DNA of 64,000 nucleotides from Candidatus Latescibacterota bacterium (GTDB taxonomy: Bacteria > Latescibacterota > UBA2968 > GCA-2709665): the NCBI GenBank assembly GCA_965116875.1, contig OZ220733.1:2144001-2208000 (forward strand), given 5' to 3'. The translations under genes were made by a program, and so were the position numbers. Below the pieces are notes generated by a model. The model saw only the letters and a program-made list of their open reading frames with translations, was not told the DNA's origin and ran no database searches. Positions 9,248-19,327 of this stretch are shown here, one piece after another (position 1 is the first letter of the stretch; each line of letters starts with the position of its first letter).

Positions 9248-10852
9248 ATGAGTGGTTTTCGGAAGTCGGGACAGGCGTATATCTGGCTGACGGGCGGTGC
9301 GCTCGCGTTCTGCGTCCTGATGATTGCAGGGCTGATCGGCCTGGTGGTCTATAACGGACTCGGGTTTTTCTGGCCCGCCGAACTGACGGCGTTTCGTCTC
9401 AACGGCGATGCCCTCGTGATGGGGCAGATATGGCACCGGCAAAAGATTTCCGATCGAGACGGGGAATTCCGGGTTCAGTTGAAGGTGGCGAACCGGGACG
9501 CGTACGGCGCCGATTTCCGGTGGATAGACGAATCACGAATTCTGGAACGAACGCTGCCTGTGGACGCGGTGGTGTTCGAGAGGCGGGAATGGGGACAGCT
9601 GTTCGGCTTCCTGGACGCCGTGTATGAAGGCGAAGACAAAGTTGCCGGAGGCGGTCCTGCCGGCTGGGCGGCGTTTCAGAAGCAGTTGAAGCGTACGGGC
9701 GTGCTTCTGGACCAGGTTCGAGACATCGAGCACAACGCGATATCTGACCTCAGCCGGCGGATCGAACAGCTTCGCCTGGAAAAGCGCAGGCTGGAACTGG
9801 CGCCGAATACGCGGCGGGAGCAGGTATCTCAACTGGACGAGAAAAACCGCGAATATTGGACGAGGTACGAATCTCTCGCGGCCGAACTGAACCGCCTGAG
9901 GGCCTCGAGCGAAATCCCGCAACTTGACGTCCGGCTCGCGGAGGGCGAAATTCGTCGGGTGGCGGTTGCGGACGTCGTTCGCGCATATCGGCCCAACAGT
10001 CTGGAGGCCTTCGGCAAGACGGGTGTATACCTGGAACGGGTCTGGGAATTCCTGTCTGCAGAGCCTCGCGAGTCCAATACCGAGGGCGGCGTGTTCCCTG
10101 CAATCTTCGGTACCGTAATGATGGTCATTCTGATGAGCCTGGCGGCAGTGCCTTTCGGGGTTCTTGCGGCGCTCTACCTGCGTGAATACGCCAGCCAGGG
10201 TCCGCTTGTCCGGGCGATCCGGATTGCGGTGAACAACCTCGCGGGCGTTCCCTCCATCGTCTTCGGAATGTTCGGTCTGGGATTCTTCGTCTACGGCGTT
10301 GGCGGCAACCTGGACCGGCTCTTTTTTCCCGAGGCGTTGCCCGCCCCCACGTACGGCACCGGCGGGATCCTCTGGGCGTCGCTGACGCTGGCTCTTCTGA
10401 CCGTACCGGTAATGATCGTGGCTTCGGAAGAGGCCCTGGCGTCCGTTCCCGGGGACGTGAGGGAGGGCTCGCTGGCGCTGGGCGCCACCCAGTTTCAAAC
10501 CATCTGGCGGGTGGTCCTTCCAGCGGCGCTGCCGGGCATTTTGACCGGCATCATTCTCGTTGTGGCCAGGGGAGCCGGGGAGGTGGCGCCTTTGATGATC
10601 ACAGGCGTGGTCAAGCTTGCGCCAACGCTGCCGGTGGACGGCACCTGGCCGTTTTTCCACCTGGAACGCAAGTTTATGCACCTGGGTTTCCATATTTACG
10701 ACGTGGGCTTTCAGTCGCCCAACGTGGAGGCGGCCCGTCCGATGGTCTATACCACAACCCTGTTGCTGATGTTTATCGTGCTCGCACTGAACCTGACCGC
10801 GATCCAGGTCCGGTCGCGCCTGCGGAAGCGGTACCAGAAAATCGGTCTGTAA
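9248..10852 (+). CDS. pstA: Phosphate ABC transporter permease PstA (long form)
   Basis: PRESNTEGGVFPAIFGT, NLAGVPSIV and EGSLALGAT motifs. Confidence 0.94.
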   Translation: MSGFRKSGQAYIWLTGGALAFCVLMIAGLIGLVVYNGLGFFWPAELTAFRLNGDALVMGQIWHRQKISDRDGEFRVQLKVANRDAYGADFRWIDESRILERTLPVDAVVFERREWGQLFGFLDAVYEGEDKVAGGGPAGWAAFQKQLKRTGVLLDQVRDIEHNAISDLSRRIEQLRLEKRRLELAPNTRREQVSQLDEKNREYWTRYESLAAELNRLRASSEIPQLDVRLAEGEIRRVAVADVVRAYRPNSLEAFGKTGVYLERVWEFLSAEPRESNTEGGVFPAIFGTVMMVILMSLAAVPFGVLAALYLREYASQGPLVRAIRIAVNNLAGVPSIVFGMFGLGFFVYGVGGNLDRLFFPEALPAPTYGTGGILWASLTLALLTVPVMIVASEEALASVPGDVREGSLALGATQFQTIWRVVLPAALPGILTGIILVVARGAGEVAPLMITGVVKLAPTLPVDGTWPFFHLERKFMHLGFHIYDVGFQSPNVEAARPMVYTTTLLLMFIVLALNLTAIQVRSRLRKRYQKIGL

Positions 10853-10857
10853 CGACT

Positions 10858-11054
10858 TAACCTCAATCCGAAAAAAACTGCAACGCGGCGACGCGATAAA
10901 ACCCTCCGAAACGGGGAGTTATCGACGTAAAGAAGGACATTTTTTCCGTTCACGTACAGTGTCCTGGTGTATCCTGGTAATCAGCAGTTGAATCGCCTTT
11001 ATTTACAAGCACATATTCGAATTAACGTCCCCGAAGACTTACGAATCAAGGTTA
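10858..11054. mobile_element. MITE-like repeat family A, full-length copy (~197 bp) between pstA and pstB
   Basis: Imperfect terminal inverted repeats TAACCTCAATCCG...CGAATCAAGGTTA. Closely similar to 44069-44264. Confidence 0.7.
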
Positions 11055-11125
11055 ACGAGTGGTATCATCGAGGTCAGCGGTCTGAACGGATCTCGAAAGG
11101 AACTTTCAACCAGGAGTCAACAAGG

Positions 11126-11920
11126 ATGGACGTGGAGACAACAACGCGGGAAAGTTCTGAATTCGAGACTCCTGTCGTAGAAGTCGAGTCCCTGAACCTG
11201 TACTACGGTGACGTCCAGGCGCTTCACGACGTGTGTCTGACCGTACCGCGACACAACGTCACCGCGTTGATCGGGCCTTCGGGCTGCGGGAAGTCGACGC
11301 TGCTCCGATGTATGAACCGGTTGAACGATCTGATCGACTCGGTGAGGATAGAAGGCGCGGTCCGGATCGAAGGGGAGGACATCTATGCCTCCGGCTACGA
11401 CGTAATCTCACTTCGACGGCTGGTGGGGATGGTGTTTCAGAAGTCGAACCCGTTTCCAAAGTCGATCTACGAAAACGTGGTGTACGGGTTGCGAATCGCG
11501 GGGGAGAACCGGCGTGCCGTTCTGGACGAGGTTGCACAGCGAAGCCTCCGCGCGGCCGCGCTATGGGACGAAGTCAAGGATCGACTGGAAGAATCAGCGC
11601 TCGGGCTCTCCGGTGGGCAGCAGCAGAGGCTTTGCATCGCCAGGGCGATCGCGGTCGAGCCTTCGGTGATTCTGATGGATGAACCCTGTTCGGCGCTGGA
11701 CCCCATTGCGACCGGTCGAATTGAGGAAACAATCGAGGAGTTGAAGAAACAATACACCATTGCGATCGTAACTCATAACCTCCAGCAGGCGTCCCGTATC
11801 TCGGACTGGACGGCGTTCTTTTACCTGGGAAAGCTCGTGGAACACTCGCGGACCGAGAAGATGTTCACGAATCCGGGGCTGAAGCAGACGGAGGACTATG
11901 TAACGGGCAGGTTCGGTTAG
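11126..11920 (+). CDS. pstB: Phosphate ABC transporter ATP-binding protein
   Basis: [23 protein letters not shown] and C-terminal [10 protein letters not shown]. The upstream ORF extension is repeat DNA. Confidence 0.97.
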   Translation: MDVETTTRESSEFETPVVEVESLNLYYGDVQALHDVCLTVPRHNVTALIGPSGCGKSTLLRCMNRLNDLIDSVRIEGAVRIEGEDIYASGYDVISLRRLVGMVFQKSNPFPKSIYENVVYGLRIAGENRRAVLDEVAQRSLRAAALWDEVKDRLEESALGLSGGQQQRLCIARAIAVEPSVILMDEPCSALDPIATGRIEETIEELKKQYTIAIVTHNLQQASRISDWTAFFYLGKLVEHSRTEKMFTNPGLKQTEDYVTGRFG

Positions 11921-11971
11921 CGGAAACACCGCGCCGCGGATGCGCACGGGTTTTATCAGATAGGATTCGTT

Positions 11972-12652
11972 ATGGAACGGACACTGGATCAGAGGTTGGA
12001 ACATTTGAAAAGCGAATTGCTGACGATGGGCGGCGCTGTCGAAGCGTCCATCGCACAAGCCGTAAAGAGCCTGGTAGACAGAGACGACGATCTGGCGGGC
12101 GCCGTGATTTCCGGCGGAAAGTCCATCGACGAATGGGAAGTGGCGATCGAAGAAGAATGCGTCAGACTGCTGGCAGTGACCCAACCCGTCGCGGGAGACC
12201 TGCGTCTGATCGCAACGGTTATGAAAATCAACTACGACCTCGAACGGATCAACGATCAGTCGGTGAATATCGCGGAACGCGCCGAAGTGCTGAACAGGAC
12301 CACGCCCCTGAAACCGCTTATCGATATCCCCAGGATGGCGGAACTCGTCCGGGGCATGGTCAAGGATGCGATCGACGCGTTTGTCAATCGAAACGTGGAC
12401 CTGGCGAACGACGTGCGCCGGCGAGACGACGTGGTGGACGGCCTGAGGGACCAGATTTTCAGGGAATTGCTCACGTATCTCCACTATCGCGCGGAACCGG
12501 ATGCCATCGATCGTGCGATCCATCTGATTCTGGTTTCCCGGCACCTGGAGCGCATGGGAGACCACGCGTCCAATATCGCCGAAAACGCCGTCTACCTGGT
12601 CCAGGGGCGGATTGTTCGGCACCAGAAGGAGAATATCGGCGAAGAGGAATAA
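11972..12652 (+). CDS. phoU: Phosphate signalling protein PhoU
   Basis: QPVAGDLR, DLERIND and LERMGDHASNIAE motifs. Follows pstB. Confidence 0.96.
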   Translation: MERTLDQRLEHLKSELLTMGGAVEASIAQAVKSLVDRDDDLAGAVISGGKSIDEWEVAIEEECVRLLAVTQPVAGDLRLIATVMKINYDLERINDQSVNIAERAEVLNRTTPLKPLIDIPRMAELVRGMVKDAIDAFVNRNVDLANDVRRRDDVVDGLRDQIFRELLTYLHYRAEPDAIDRAIHLILVSRHLERMGDHASNIAENAVYLVQGRIVRHQKENIGEEE

Positions 12653-12861
12653 CGCATCGCGGGAGCGGGCCCGCGCGGCGGGTGGATCCGCCCATCCCTT
12701 GCGGCGGCATTCCATCGCGGAGAGGTACGCGTTCTGAACCGCATGTCTGGAAAAGGCTGCGGTTTTCCTGTGCCCTCCAGGAGGCGAAAAAGGCTTGTGA
12801 AGCGGTCCCAAACCCGTATATTTAGACGATCGGGCCCATTCTGCCGGAGGATTTCTTCTCA

Positions 12862-13395
12862 GTGGCGAGCGACCATCACGCGCATCACCCGGGCGGCGTA
12901 CGCTTCTGCGAAAGATGCAGCGGGACGCTGGTGCTGAAATCGGTCGAAGGCCATCGTCGACCCGTCTGTCCGGCATGTGGGTTCGTGGTCTACCTGGACC
13001 CGAAAGTAGCGGCCGGCGTCATCGTGACGCTGGATGACGAAATCGTACTTCTGAAAAGGGGCATCGAACCGGGGATCGGGAAGTGGGTCTTTCCCGGTGG
13101 ATACGTCGATCGGGGCGAACAGGTGGAGGCCGCGGCGGCCCGGGAAGCAATGGAAGAAGTGGGGCTGGAGGTCGAGATCGAAGATCTGCTCGGTGTCTAT
13201 TCCTACCCGAACGTAACGGCGGTCCTGGTCGTGTACACGGGCGTCGTGGTCGGAGGCAAACTGAAGGGGAATTTCGAGACGCTGGAGGTGCGGACGTACC
13301 CTCCGGAGAGGATTCCCTGGTCCAAACTTGCATTTTGCAGCACGGTCGAGGCGCTTCGCGCATGGGTTGCGCGATATGCGGAAAGCGACCGCTGA
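12862..13395 (+). CDS. NUDIX hydrolase with N-terminal zinc ribbon
   Basis: CERC...CPAC ribbon and Nudix box GGYVDRGEQVEAAAAREAMEEVG. Confidence 0.9.
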   Translation: MASDHHAHHPGGVRFCERCSGTLVLKSVEGHRRPVCPACGFVVYLDPKVAAGVIVTLDDEIVLLKRGIEPGIGKWVFPGGYVDRGEQVEAAAAREAMEEVGLEVEIEDLLGVYSYPNVTAVLVVYTGVVVGGKLKGNFETLEVRTYPPERIPWSKLAFCSTVEALRAWVARYAESDR

Positions 13396-13418
13396 AAACG
13401 GGTCGGTCCCTGGGCCGG

Positions 13419-13623
13419 GAAGCTGTTTTACAATTACCGGTGAGTTCCCGGGAGCGAGCGAATACATGGCGGGCAAGGCGGGAAGATCCGCCTGTGAGCG
13501 GCGAGCAACCGCAGCCTTGATCTCGTAAGACGGGCGAGTTTGACCAGCGCCGACCGGCCTGCCTGCAGCGCAGTACGCTGCGCAGGCAGGCGCGAAGACC
13601 GCTGGGGATTTTAAGACAGCTTC
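13419..13623. mobile_element. MITE-like repeat family B with internal CCTGCCTGC...GCAGGCAGG palindrome
   Basis: TIRs GAAGCTGTTTTACAAT / ATTTTAAGACAGCTTC. Internal palindrome at 13558-13590. Confidence 0.6.
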
Positions 13624-13647
13624 TGTGAAAGGGGAGAAACGGGTCGG

Positions 13648-14562
13648 ATGTTAAAATCAATAGAGGAAGTCGAGACGCGGTTTGGCGGGGAGGGATATAT
13701 TGCGGATCGGACGCTTGCCACAACGGTCTATCTGGCCGTGGCGCTGGGAAAACCGATATTTCTGGAGGGCGAGCCGGGGGTAGGCAAGACTGAAGTCGCC
13801 AAAGTCATGGCGCAGATCCTGGAAACGGATTTGATCCGGTTGCAGTGCTACGAAGGGCTGGATGCGAATACGGCTCTGTACGAATGGAATTACCCGAGGC
13901 AGATGCTGGAGATGCGCCTGGAGGAAGCCCGCGGCATCGAAAAACAGGAGATCGGCCGCAGCATTTTCAGCGAGGATTTCCTTCTGAAACGGCCGCTTCT
14001 GAGGGCGATCCAGGGCAGCGGAAGCAACCCGCCGGTGCTGTTGATCGACGAGGTTGACCGGTCCGACGAAGAATTCGAGGCCTTTCTTCTGGAAGTGTTG
14101 TCGGATTTCCAGATTACCATCCCCGAGATCGGCACGATTGCCGCCCAGAAAGTGCCGTTCGTCGTGCTCACGTCCAACCGGACGCGCGAGTTGCACGATG
14201 CGCTGAAACGGCGTTGCCTCTACCTGTGGATCGACTATCCCACGTTCAAAAAGGAGATGGAAATCGTCGCGTCGCGAGTTCCACGGATTCAGGCCGGACT
14301 GGCGCAACAGGTGTGCGGGTTCATGCAACTGATGCGCACACGGGACTTTTACAAGCGGCCGGGCATTGCGGAAACCATCGATTGGGCGCTGGCACTGATG
14401 CAGATGGAAATCGACGAACTCGAACCCGATACCGTAAACGCCACACTGGGCTGCGTGCTGAAGTACAAGGAGGACATAGAGAAACTCCAGGAGGACGGAC
14501 TTCCGCAGATCATCGAAAAGGCGCGGGCGCTCAAGGATCGGGCGATGCGGCTGAAGAATTAA
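13648..14562 (+). CDS. MoxR-family AAA+ ATPase (CoxD-like)
   Basis: LEGEPGVGKT, RLQCYEGLD, LLIDEVDR and HDALKRRC motifs. Confidence 0.92.
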   Translation: MLKSIEEVETRFGGEGYIADRTLATTVYLAVALGKPIFLEGEPGVGKTEVAKVMAQILETDLIRLQCYEGLDANTALYEWNYPRQMLEMRLEEARGIEKQEIGRSIFSEDFLLKRPLLRAIQGSGSNPPVLLIDEVDRSDEEFEAFLLEVLSDFQITIPEIGTIAAQKVPFVVLTSNRTRELHDALKRRCLYLWIDYPTFKKEMEIVASRVPRIQAGLAQQVCGFMQLMRTRDFYKRPGIAETIDWALALMQMEIDELEPDTVNATLGCVLKYKEDIEKLQEDGLPQIIEKARALKDRAMRLKN

Positions 14563-14603
14563 CGAACAGACGGACCGGGAGACCTTCCCATGGGTTGGAC
14601 CGA

Positions 14604-15758
14604 ATGAAACCAGTACGGGTTGAAGACCGGAGCATGATGGGACGCGTGGTTGCCTTTTCGCGCGCGCTGCACAGGGCGGGCGTGGAGGTGAATTCCGGCA
14701 ATCTGATCGACTTCTGTCAGAGTTTCAGGTTCATCGATATCGGCAGGCGCGGAGATTTCTATGCGGCAGCCCGCGCCACGCTGGTTTCCCGTTTCGACGA
14801 CCTGGAGACATTCGACCGTGTATTTCAGGCATACTGGAGTTCCCCCGTCCGCACACTTGAAATGGACGTCGGCGAGGAAGAGACCGACGATCAGAACCTG
14901 GATGCGTCGGATCAACTCGACGAACCGGTGGAAACCGCGACGGAGGAGGAGGAAGACACCGACGGCGAGGGAGACTCCGACGAGATCGGTTACAGCCCCG
15001 ACGAAGTATTGATGCGCAAGGACCTGGCCGCCATGAACGACAGGGAAATCGAGAAGGCCAGGCAGGTCATCGCGCAGATCGTCGACATCATCGCCAACAG
15101 GCGCAGCAGACGGCGGGAGCCGCAGAAGCGGGGCGTGGAGATCGACTTCCGAAGAACATGGCGGAGGAACGCGCTTTACGGACGGGACGGCGTAGCCCTT
15201 GCCAGGCGCCGGCGGCGGATCAAGAAAACAAAGCTGATGCTGTTGTGCGACGTCAGCGGGTCGATGGACTGCTACAGCCAGTTCCTGATTCAGTTCATCT
15301 ACGCGTTGAAACGGGAAATCCGCGACGTCGAAGTGGGTGTATTCTCCACGCGTATGACTCCGATTTCCAGGCTGCTGAAGAACAAAGGCGTGGAAGAGTC
15401 GCTTCGGGAGGTCGCGGACACGGTTCACGATTGGGCCGGCGGTACGGACATCGGCGGCTGCCTGCGGGAGTTCAACGACCGGTTTGCGCGCGAGATGTTG
15501 AAAGCCAGGACGGTGATGATTATCGTCAGCGACGGCTGGGACCGCGGAGACGCGGATCTCATGCGGCGGGAGATGGAGCGGTTGCGCCGGCGCGTCCATA
15601 AGCTGATGTGGTTGAATCCCCTCCTGGGCAGCCCCGGGTACCAGCCGCTTTGTCTGGGTATGAAGACAGCCCTGCCCTATCTGGATCACTTCATGGCCGC
15701 GCACAATCTGGAAAGTCTCGTGCAACTCGCGAAAACGTTGCGTTCGGTCTGGCGATGA
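14604..15758 (+). CDS. VWA domain protein (CoxE-like)
   Basis: MIDAS DVSGSM, GGTDIG, SDGWDRG and WLNPL motifs. Follows the CoxD-like gene. Confidence 0.9.
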   Translation: MKPVRVEDRSMMGRVVAFSRALHRAGVEVNSGNLIDFCQSFRFIDIGRRGDFYAAARATLVSRFDDLETFDRVFQAYWSSPVRTLEMDVGEEETDDQNLDASDQLDEPVETATEEEEDTDGEGDSDEIGYSPDEVLMRKDLAAMNDREIEKARQVIAQIVDIIANRRSRRREPQKRGVEIDFRRTWRRNALYGRDGVALARRRRRIKKTKLMLLCDVSGSMDCYSQFLIQFIYALKREIRDVEVGVFSTRMTPISRLLKNKGVEESLREVADTVHDWAGGTDIGGCLREFNDRFAREMLKARTVMIIVSDGWDRGDADLMRREMERLRRRVHKLMWLNPLLGSPGYQPLCLGMKTALPYLDHFMAAHNLESLVQLAKTLRSVWR

Positions 15759-15887
15759 TACGTTCGTTGGGACCTTTTGGAGCGCCTATAGTGATGAAAA
15801 CCGGCGCATTGCCGGGCTGACATGCAACATTGTGGTATTGCACGTCTTGCGGCATCTGATTCCAACCACGGATTTTTCGCGTATTTC

Positions 15888-16043
15888 TTCGTCTCGTCTT
15901 TTCTTCTTTCGTTATTCGTAGTTTCGCCTTTCGTATTCTCGCAGTCTCGTATTCTCGCCGTTTCGCCTTTCGTAGTCTCGCCTTTCGTAGTCTCGCCTTT
16001 CGTATACTCGTATTTTCGTATTCTCGTATTCTCGTATTCTCGC
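15888..16043. repeat. Degenerate 7-8-bp tandem repeat (TCGTAKTY / TCGCCTT)
   Basis: Run of tcgtattc, tcgtagtc and tcgcctt units between the coxE-like and xdhC-like genes. Confidence 0.8.
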
Positions 16044-16098
16044 GTGTTCGCTGTTTCTGATGTTGTTTTCGAAGTAGCTTCTGAAGGGGGTGGTTCTG

Positions 16099-17223
16099 AT
16101 GAAGGACGTATTCTCAGAAGCCCTGGACCTGATTTCATCAGGAGAGAATGCGGCGCTCTCAACGATTGTCTCCAGCAAGGGATCCTTGCCGATGAGCAAG
16201 AAGGCCAAGATGCTGGTGCGTCCCGATGGCGAGATCGTGGGGACGGTGGGCGGCGGCTGCCTCGAGGCGGATGTATGGGCCGAGGCCCGGGAAGTGATGG
16301 AGACGGGCGTGCCCACACTTCAGCGTTTTATCCTGACCGAGGAACACGCCGGCGAAGACGGATTGAACTGCGGCGGCAACGTGGAAATCTTCACAGAGCC
16401 GCTGTACAGGGGCCGGTCCGAGACTGTACTCGAGACCGTGGCGAAGGTCCGCAAAGCCCGGGAATCGGCGGTGCTGGCCACCCTGGTGTCCGGAGGGGAT
16501 CCCTCGAAATGGAGCGCCAAGCTGCTCGTTCGCGCAGACGGGACGATCACCGGGTCGCTGGGATGGCCGGAGGCCGACGCCGCGATCCTGAGCGAAGTTG
16601 GTGAAATGGATACGATTCCCGAGGACCTGCTCGACGTGGTTTCGCTGGACGTGGACGAATCCGCGGGTCCGCTCAAGGTCTTCTTGGAATCGGTCTGTCC
16701 GGAGCCCACGCTCTACCTGTTCGGCGGCGGACACGTTTCGTTTGCCATTGCCCGGATCGCGGTCACCGTGGGGTTTCGAATCGTCGTTATCGACGACCGT
16801 CCCATGTTCGCCAACAGGGAGCGCTTTCCCATGGCGGACGAGACGCTCACGCTGGAGATGGAAACGGCGTTCGAACACCTCGTAATCGACGACCTGTCCT
16901 ATATCGTCGCGGTAACCAGAGGACACCAGCACGACAAGCCGGTTGTGGAACAGGCGGTATGGACCAACGCCGCCTACATCGGCATGATCGGCAGCAGGCG
17001 CAAGATCGCGTTGATGTGGAAGGAACTGGAGACCGGGGGAATCAGCCGGGAGCGCCTCGACGAGATACACGCGCCCATCGGACTGGATATTGGCGCCGAC
17101 TCCCCTGAGGAAATCGCCATCAGCGTGGTTTCCGAACTCATTCAGGCGCGCCGCTCCGGAGGCAAGCCCATGCATGGTGCGAGGTCGCTTTCAGGAGCCC
17201 CCGCGGCATCCTTTCGGGCGTAG
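16099..17223 (+). CDS. XdhC/CoxF-family molybdenum cofactor insertion chaperone
   Basis: GTVGGGCLE, CGG, FGGGHVS, YIGMIGSRRK and PIGLDIGADSPEEIA motifs. Confidence 0.92.
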   Translation: MKDVFSEALDLISSGENAALSTIVSSKGSLPMSKKAKMLVRPDGEIVGTVGGGCLEADVWAEAREVMETGVPTLQRFILTEEHAGEDGLNCGGNVEIFTEPLYRGRSETVLETVAKVRKARESAVLATLVSGGDPSKWSAKLLVRADGTITGSLGWPEADAAILSEVGEMDTIPEDLLDVVSLDVDESAGPLKVFLESVCPEPTLYLFGGGHVSFAIARIAVTVGFRIVVIDDRPMFANRERFPMADETLTLEMETAFEHLVIDDLSYIVAVTRGHQHDKPVVEQAVWTNAAYIGMIGSRRKIALMWKELETGGISRERLDEIHAPIGLDIGADSPEEIAISVVSELIQARRSGGKPMHGARSLSGAPAASFRA

Positions 17224-17507
17224 ACGTACGTCACGACAGAAGGGAGAGGTTCACCCCGAACCGCTCCGGTTTCGCGCCCGCTTTCGTGATCCATTCCCGT
17301 CTAGCCATGATCTAACGTCCGGCATCGACGGCATGATATGGGAACGTGATCTACCCTTCTTCCTTCTGCTTTCTTCCTTTTTCCTTTTTTTTTAACAGGC
17401 GCATTCGGCCGTTCGGGTTGGCGTTTCACGCCAGGATCCCGATCGGCCTTTTTTTGTATGTGAAAAAAAATGTCATAAAACACCTGTTTATTGATAGATT
17501 CGATTTT

Positions 17508-17522
17508 TGGCACGGTATTTGT
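17508..17522 (+). promoter_or_regulatory. Sigma54 (-24/-12) promoter of pspA
   Basis: TGGCACG-GTAT-TTGT matches the TGGCACG-N4-TTGC consensus, with an AT-rich upstream tract. Confidence 0.6.
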
Positions 17523-17595
17523 TTTGTCTTCAGGCAACACGGAAGCGAACATCCCAGGGAGGAAATGCCACACCAGCTACCGAAAGGAGACCGGC

Positions 17596-18282
17596 ATGGC
17601 CGCAGGGACACTGTCGAGGATCGCGAATGTCATCCGGGCGGACGTGGACGATTTGCTGAACCGGATGGAAGACCCGGAAAAGATGTCGCGTCTGATGATG
17701 ACGGAAATGGAGAACGCCGTCAACGATGCCGTTGCCGCCGTGGCCGACTCCATAGCCGGCAAGCGACTGCTCGAACGCCGGGTGAAGGCACGGAGGGCGG
17801 ACGCCGATGCCTGGGACCGGACGGCCGAGCGGTCCGTTTCACGAGGCGACGACGACCTCGCCCGTCTGGCGCTGGAGCGAAAGGGCGAGATCGAGGCGGA
17901 GGCCGAAGAACTCGGTAGAGCGCTGGCCGAGGCAGAGAACGTGACCGCGCGGCTCGAGCGGCAATGCGCGCGTTTGAAGGTTCGTCTCAATGAGGCCAGG
18001 GCGCGTCAGAGGACCCTCGTCGCCAGAAGCCGCGCGGCAAGAGGATTCGATTCAGCCGCAGGGTACACAGTGCGGATTCACGAAGAGGCGTTCGAGCGTT
18101 TCGACGCACTCTGCAGGCGCGTAGACCACGAGGAAGCGGCTGCCGAGGTTTACGAGGAGCTCGCGGGCGACAATCCGGATGCGGACGAACGGCTGGAAGA
18201 GATGGCCCGGAAGGAACGCGTCGACGCGCAGTTGCGGGAGATGAAAAAGCGGTTAGAGGCAAGAGATGAGACCAAAAGATGA
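17596..18282 (+). CDS. pspA: PspA/IM30 family phage shock protein
   Basis: LSRIANVIRADVDDLLNRMEDPEKM and GDDDLARLAL, coiled coil. RBS AAAGGAGA. Confidence 0.88.
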   Translation: MAAGTLSRIANVIRADVDDLLNRMEDPEKMSRLMMTEMENAVNDAVAAVADSIAGKRLLERRVKARRADADAWDRTAERSVSRGDDDLARLALERKGEIEAEAEELGRALAEAENVTARLERQCARLKVRLNEARARQRTLVARSRAARGFDSAAGYTVRIHEEAFERFDALCRRVDHEEAAAEVYEELAGDNPDADERLEEMARKERVDAQLREMKKRLEARDETKR

Positions 18283-18473
18283 CCCGCCTCGTTGGGTTTC
18301 AATGTTCGCCGGAGGCATAGAGGGGAGCATCTCGGTTTCGAACCACTGGAACCAAACATTCCAGAAAACCGTTGGTACCGATGCTCGTTTTGAGTATTTT
18401 TGAGCATCGAATGCCGACGGTTTTCTTGTGCCTGCAAGTGAGTACATGACGTATGCGAATCAGGGAGACGGCA

Positions 18474-19286
18474 ATGTCTTTTGCTGAGAAAAAAAGCCCG
18501 GCAACCCCGGACGACGTGGCGTTTTACCGGGAAAACGGATTTATGGCATATCCCGGGTTCTTCTCAAGACACGAGGTTGCCGCGCTCCGGGATGCCATCG
18601 ACCGGGCTATCGAGACCAACAGGGAGCGGATTGTCGGCACGCCGGGCGGCGGCCGGAATTCCGAGGCGTACGAAAAGGTCTTCAACCAGATGGTGAACCT
18701 CTGGACGGATTTTCCGGACGTGAAAGCCTATGCGTTCAACCGCGCCATGGCCGAAACCGCGCGGCGCCTCTCGGAGTGCCGCCACGTGCGGATCTATCAC
18801 GACCACGCCATGGTCAAACCGGGCGGGGCCGGCAGCCGCGCAACCAACTGGCACCAGGATTTGCCCTACTGGCCCATGGACCCGGACGGCGCGCTTTCGG
18901 CTTGGGTGGCGGTGGACGACGTAACGGTCGAAAACGGGTGTCTTCACTTTGTCCCGGGCTCGCATAAGCTGGGTCCGCAGGAGCCGATCGCGCTGGGGGT
19001 GGCGGGTGAAAGCATCGTGGACAAGATGGCGGAGACGGGGCACACGGTGGCCGAACCCGTCGCGATGGAAATGGCTGCGGGCGGGGTGACCTTTCATCAC
19101 GGCTGCAATTTCCATCACGCAGGCCCCAACCTCACCGACAGGCCGCGGCGGGCGTTCGCCGTGATTTATATCCCCGACTACGTCCGCTTTACACGGGGCA
19201 AGGACGCGGCCGGCGCGGCGGATGAGATGACTCCGGGGGGTCCCTGGGAACATCCGCTTCATCCCATCCTTGCGGGTTCGGCGTAA
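18474..19286 (+). CDS. Phytanoyl-CoA dioxygenase (PhyH) family Fe/2OG enzyme
   Basis: WHQD, NGCLHFVPGSH and HHAGPN...RR motifs. Confidence 0.9.
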   Translation: MSFAEKKSPATPDDVAFYRENGFMAYPGFFSRHEVAALRDAIDRAIETNRERIVGTPGGGRNSEAYEKVFNQMVNLWTDFPDVKAYAFNRAMAETARRLSECRHVRIYHDHAMVKPGGAGSRATNWHQDLPYWPMDPDGALSAWVAVDDVTVENGCLHFVPGSHKLGPQEPIALGVAGESIVDKMAETGHTVAEPVAMEMAAGGVTFHHGCNFHHAGPNLTDRPRRAFAVIYIPDYVRFTRGKDAAGAADEMTPGGPWEHPLHPILAGSA

Positions 19287-19327
19287 TGTATACTCAGCCG
19301 ATTTAAGTACCTGAAAGGATATCCTCG

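Noticed and set aside
6962-10852. Unusually long PstC (beta-propeller) and PstA (coiled coil)
   Set aside because: This long-form architecture is already known from Pseudomonas/Vibrio-type pst operons.
10967-11125. N-terminal extension of PstB in the ORF track
   Set aside because: It derives from the family A repeat. The likely start is the ATG at 11126.
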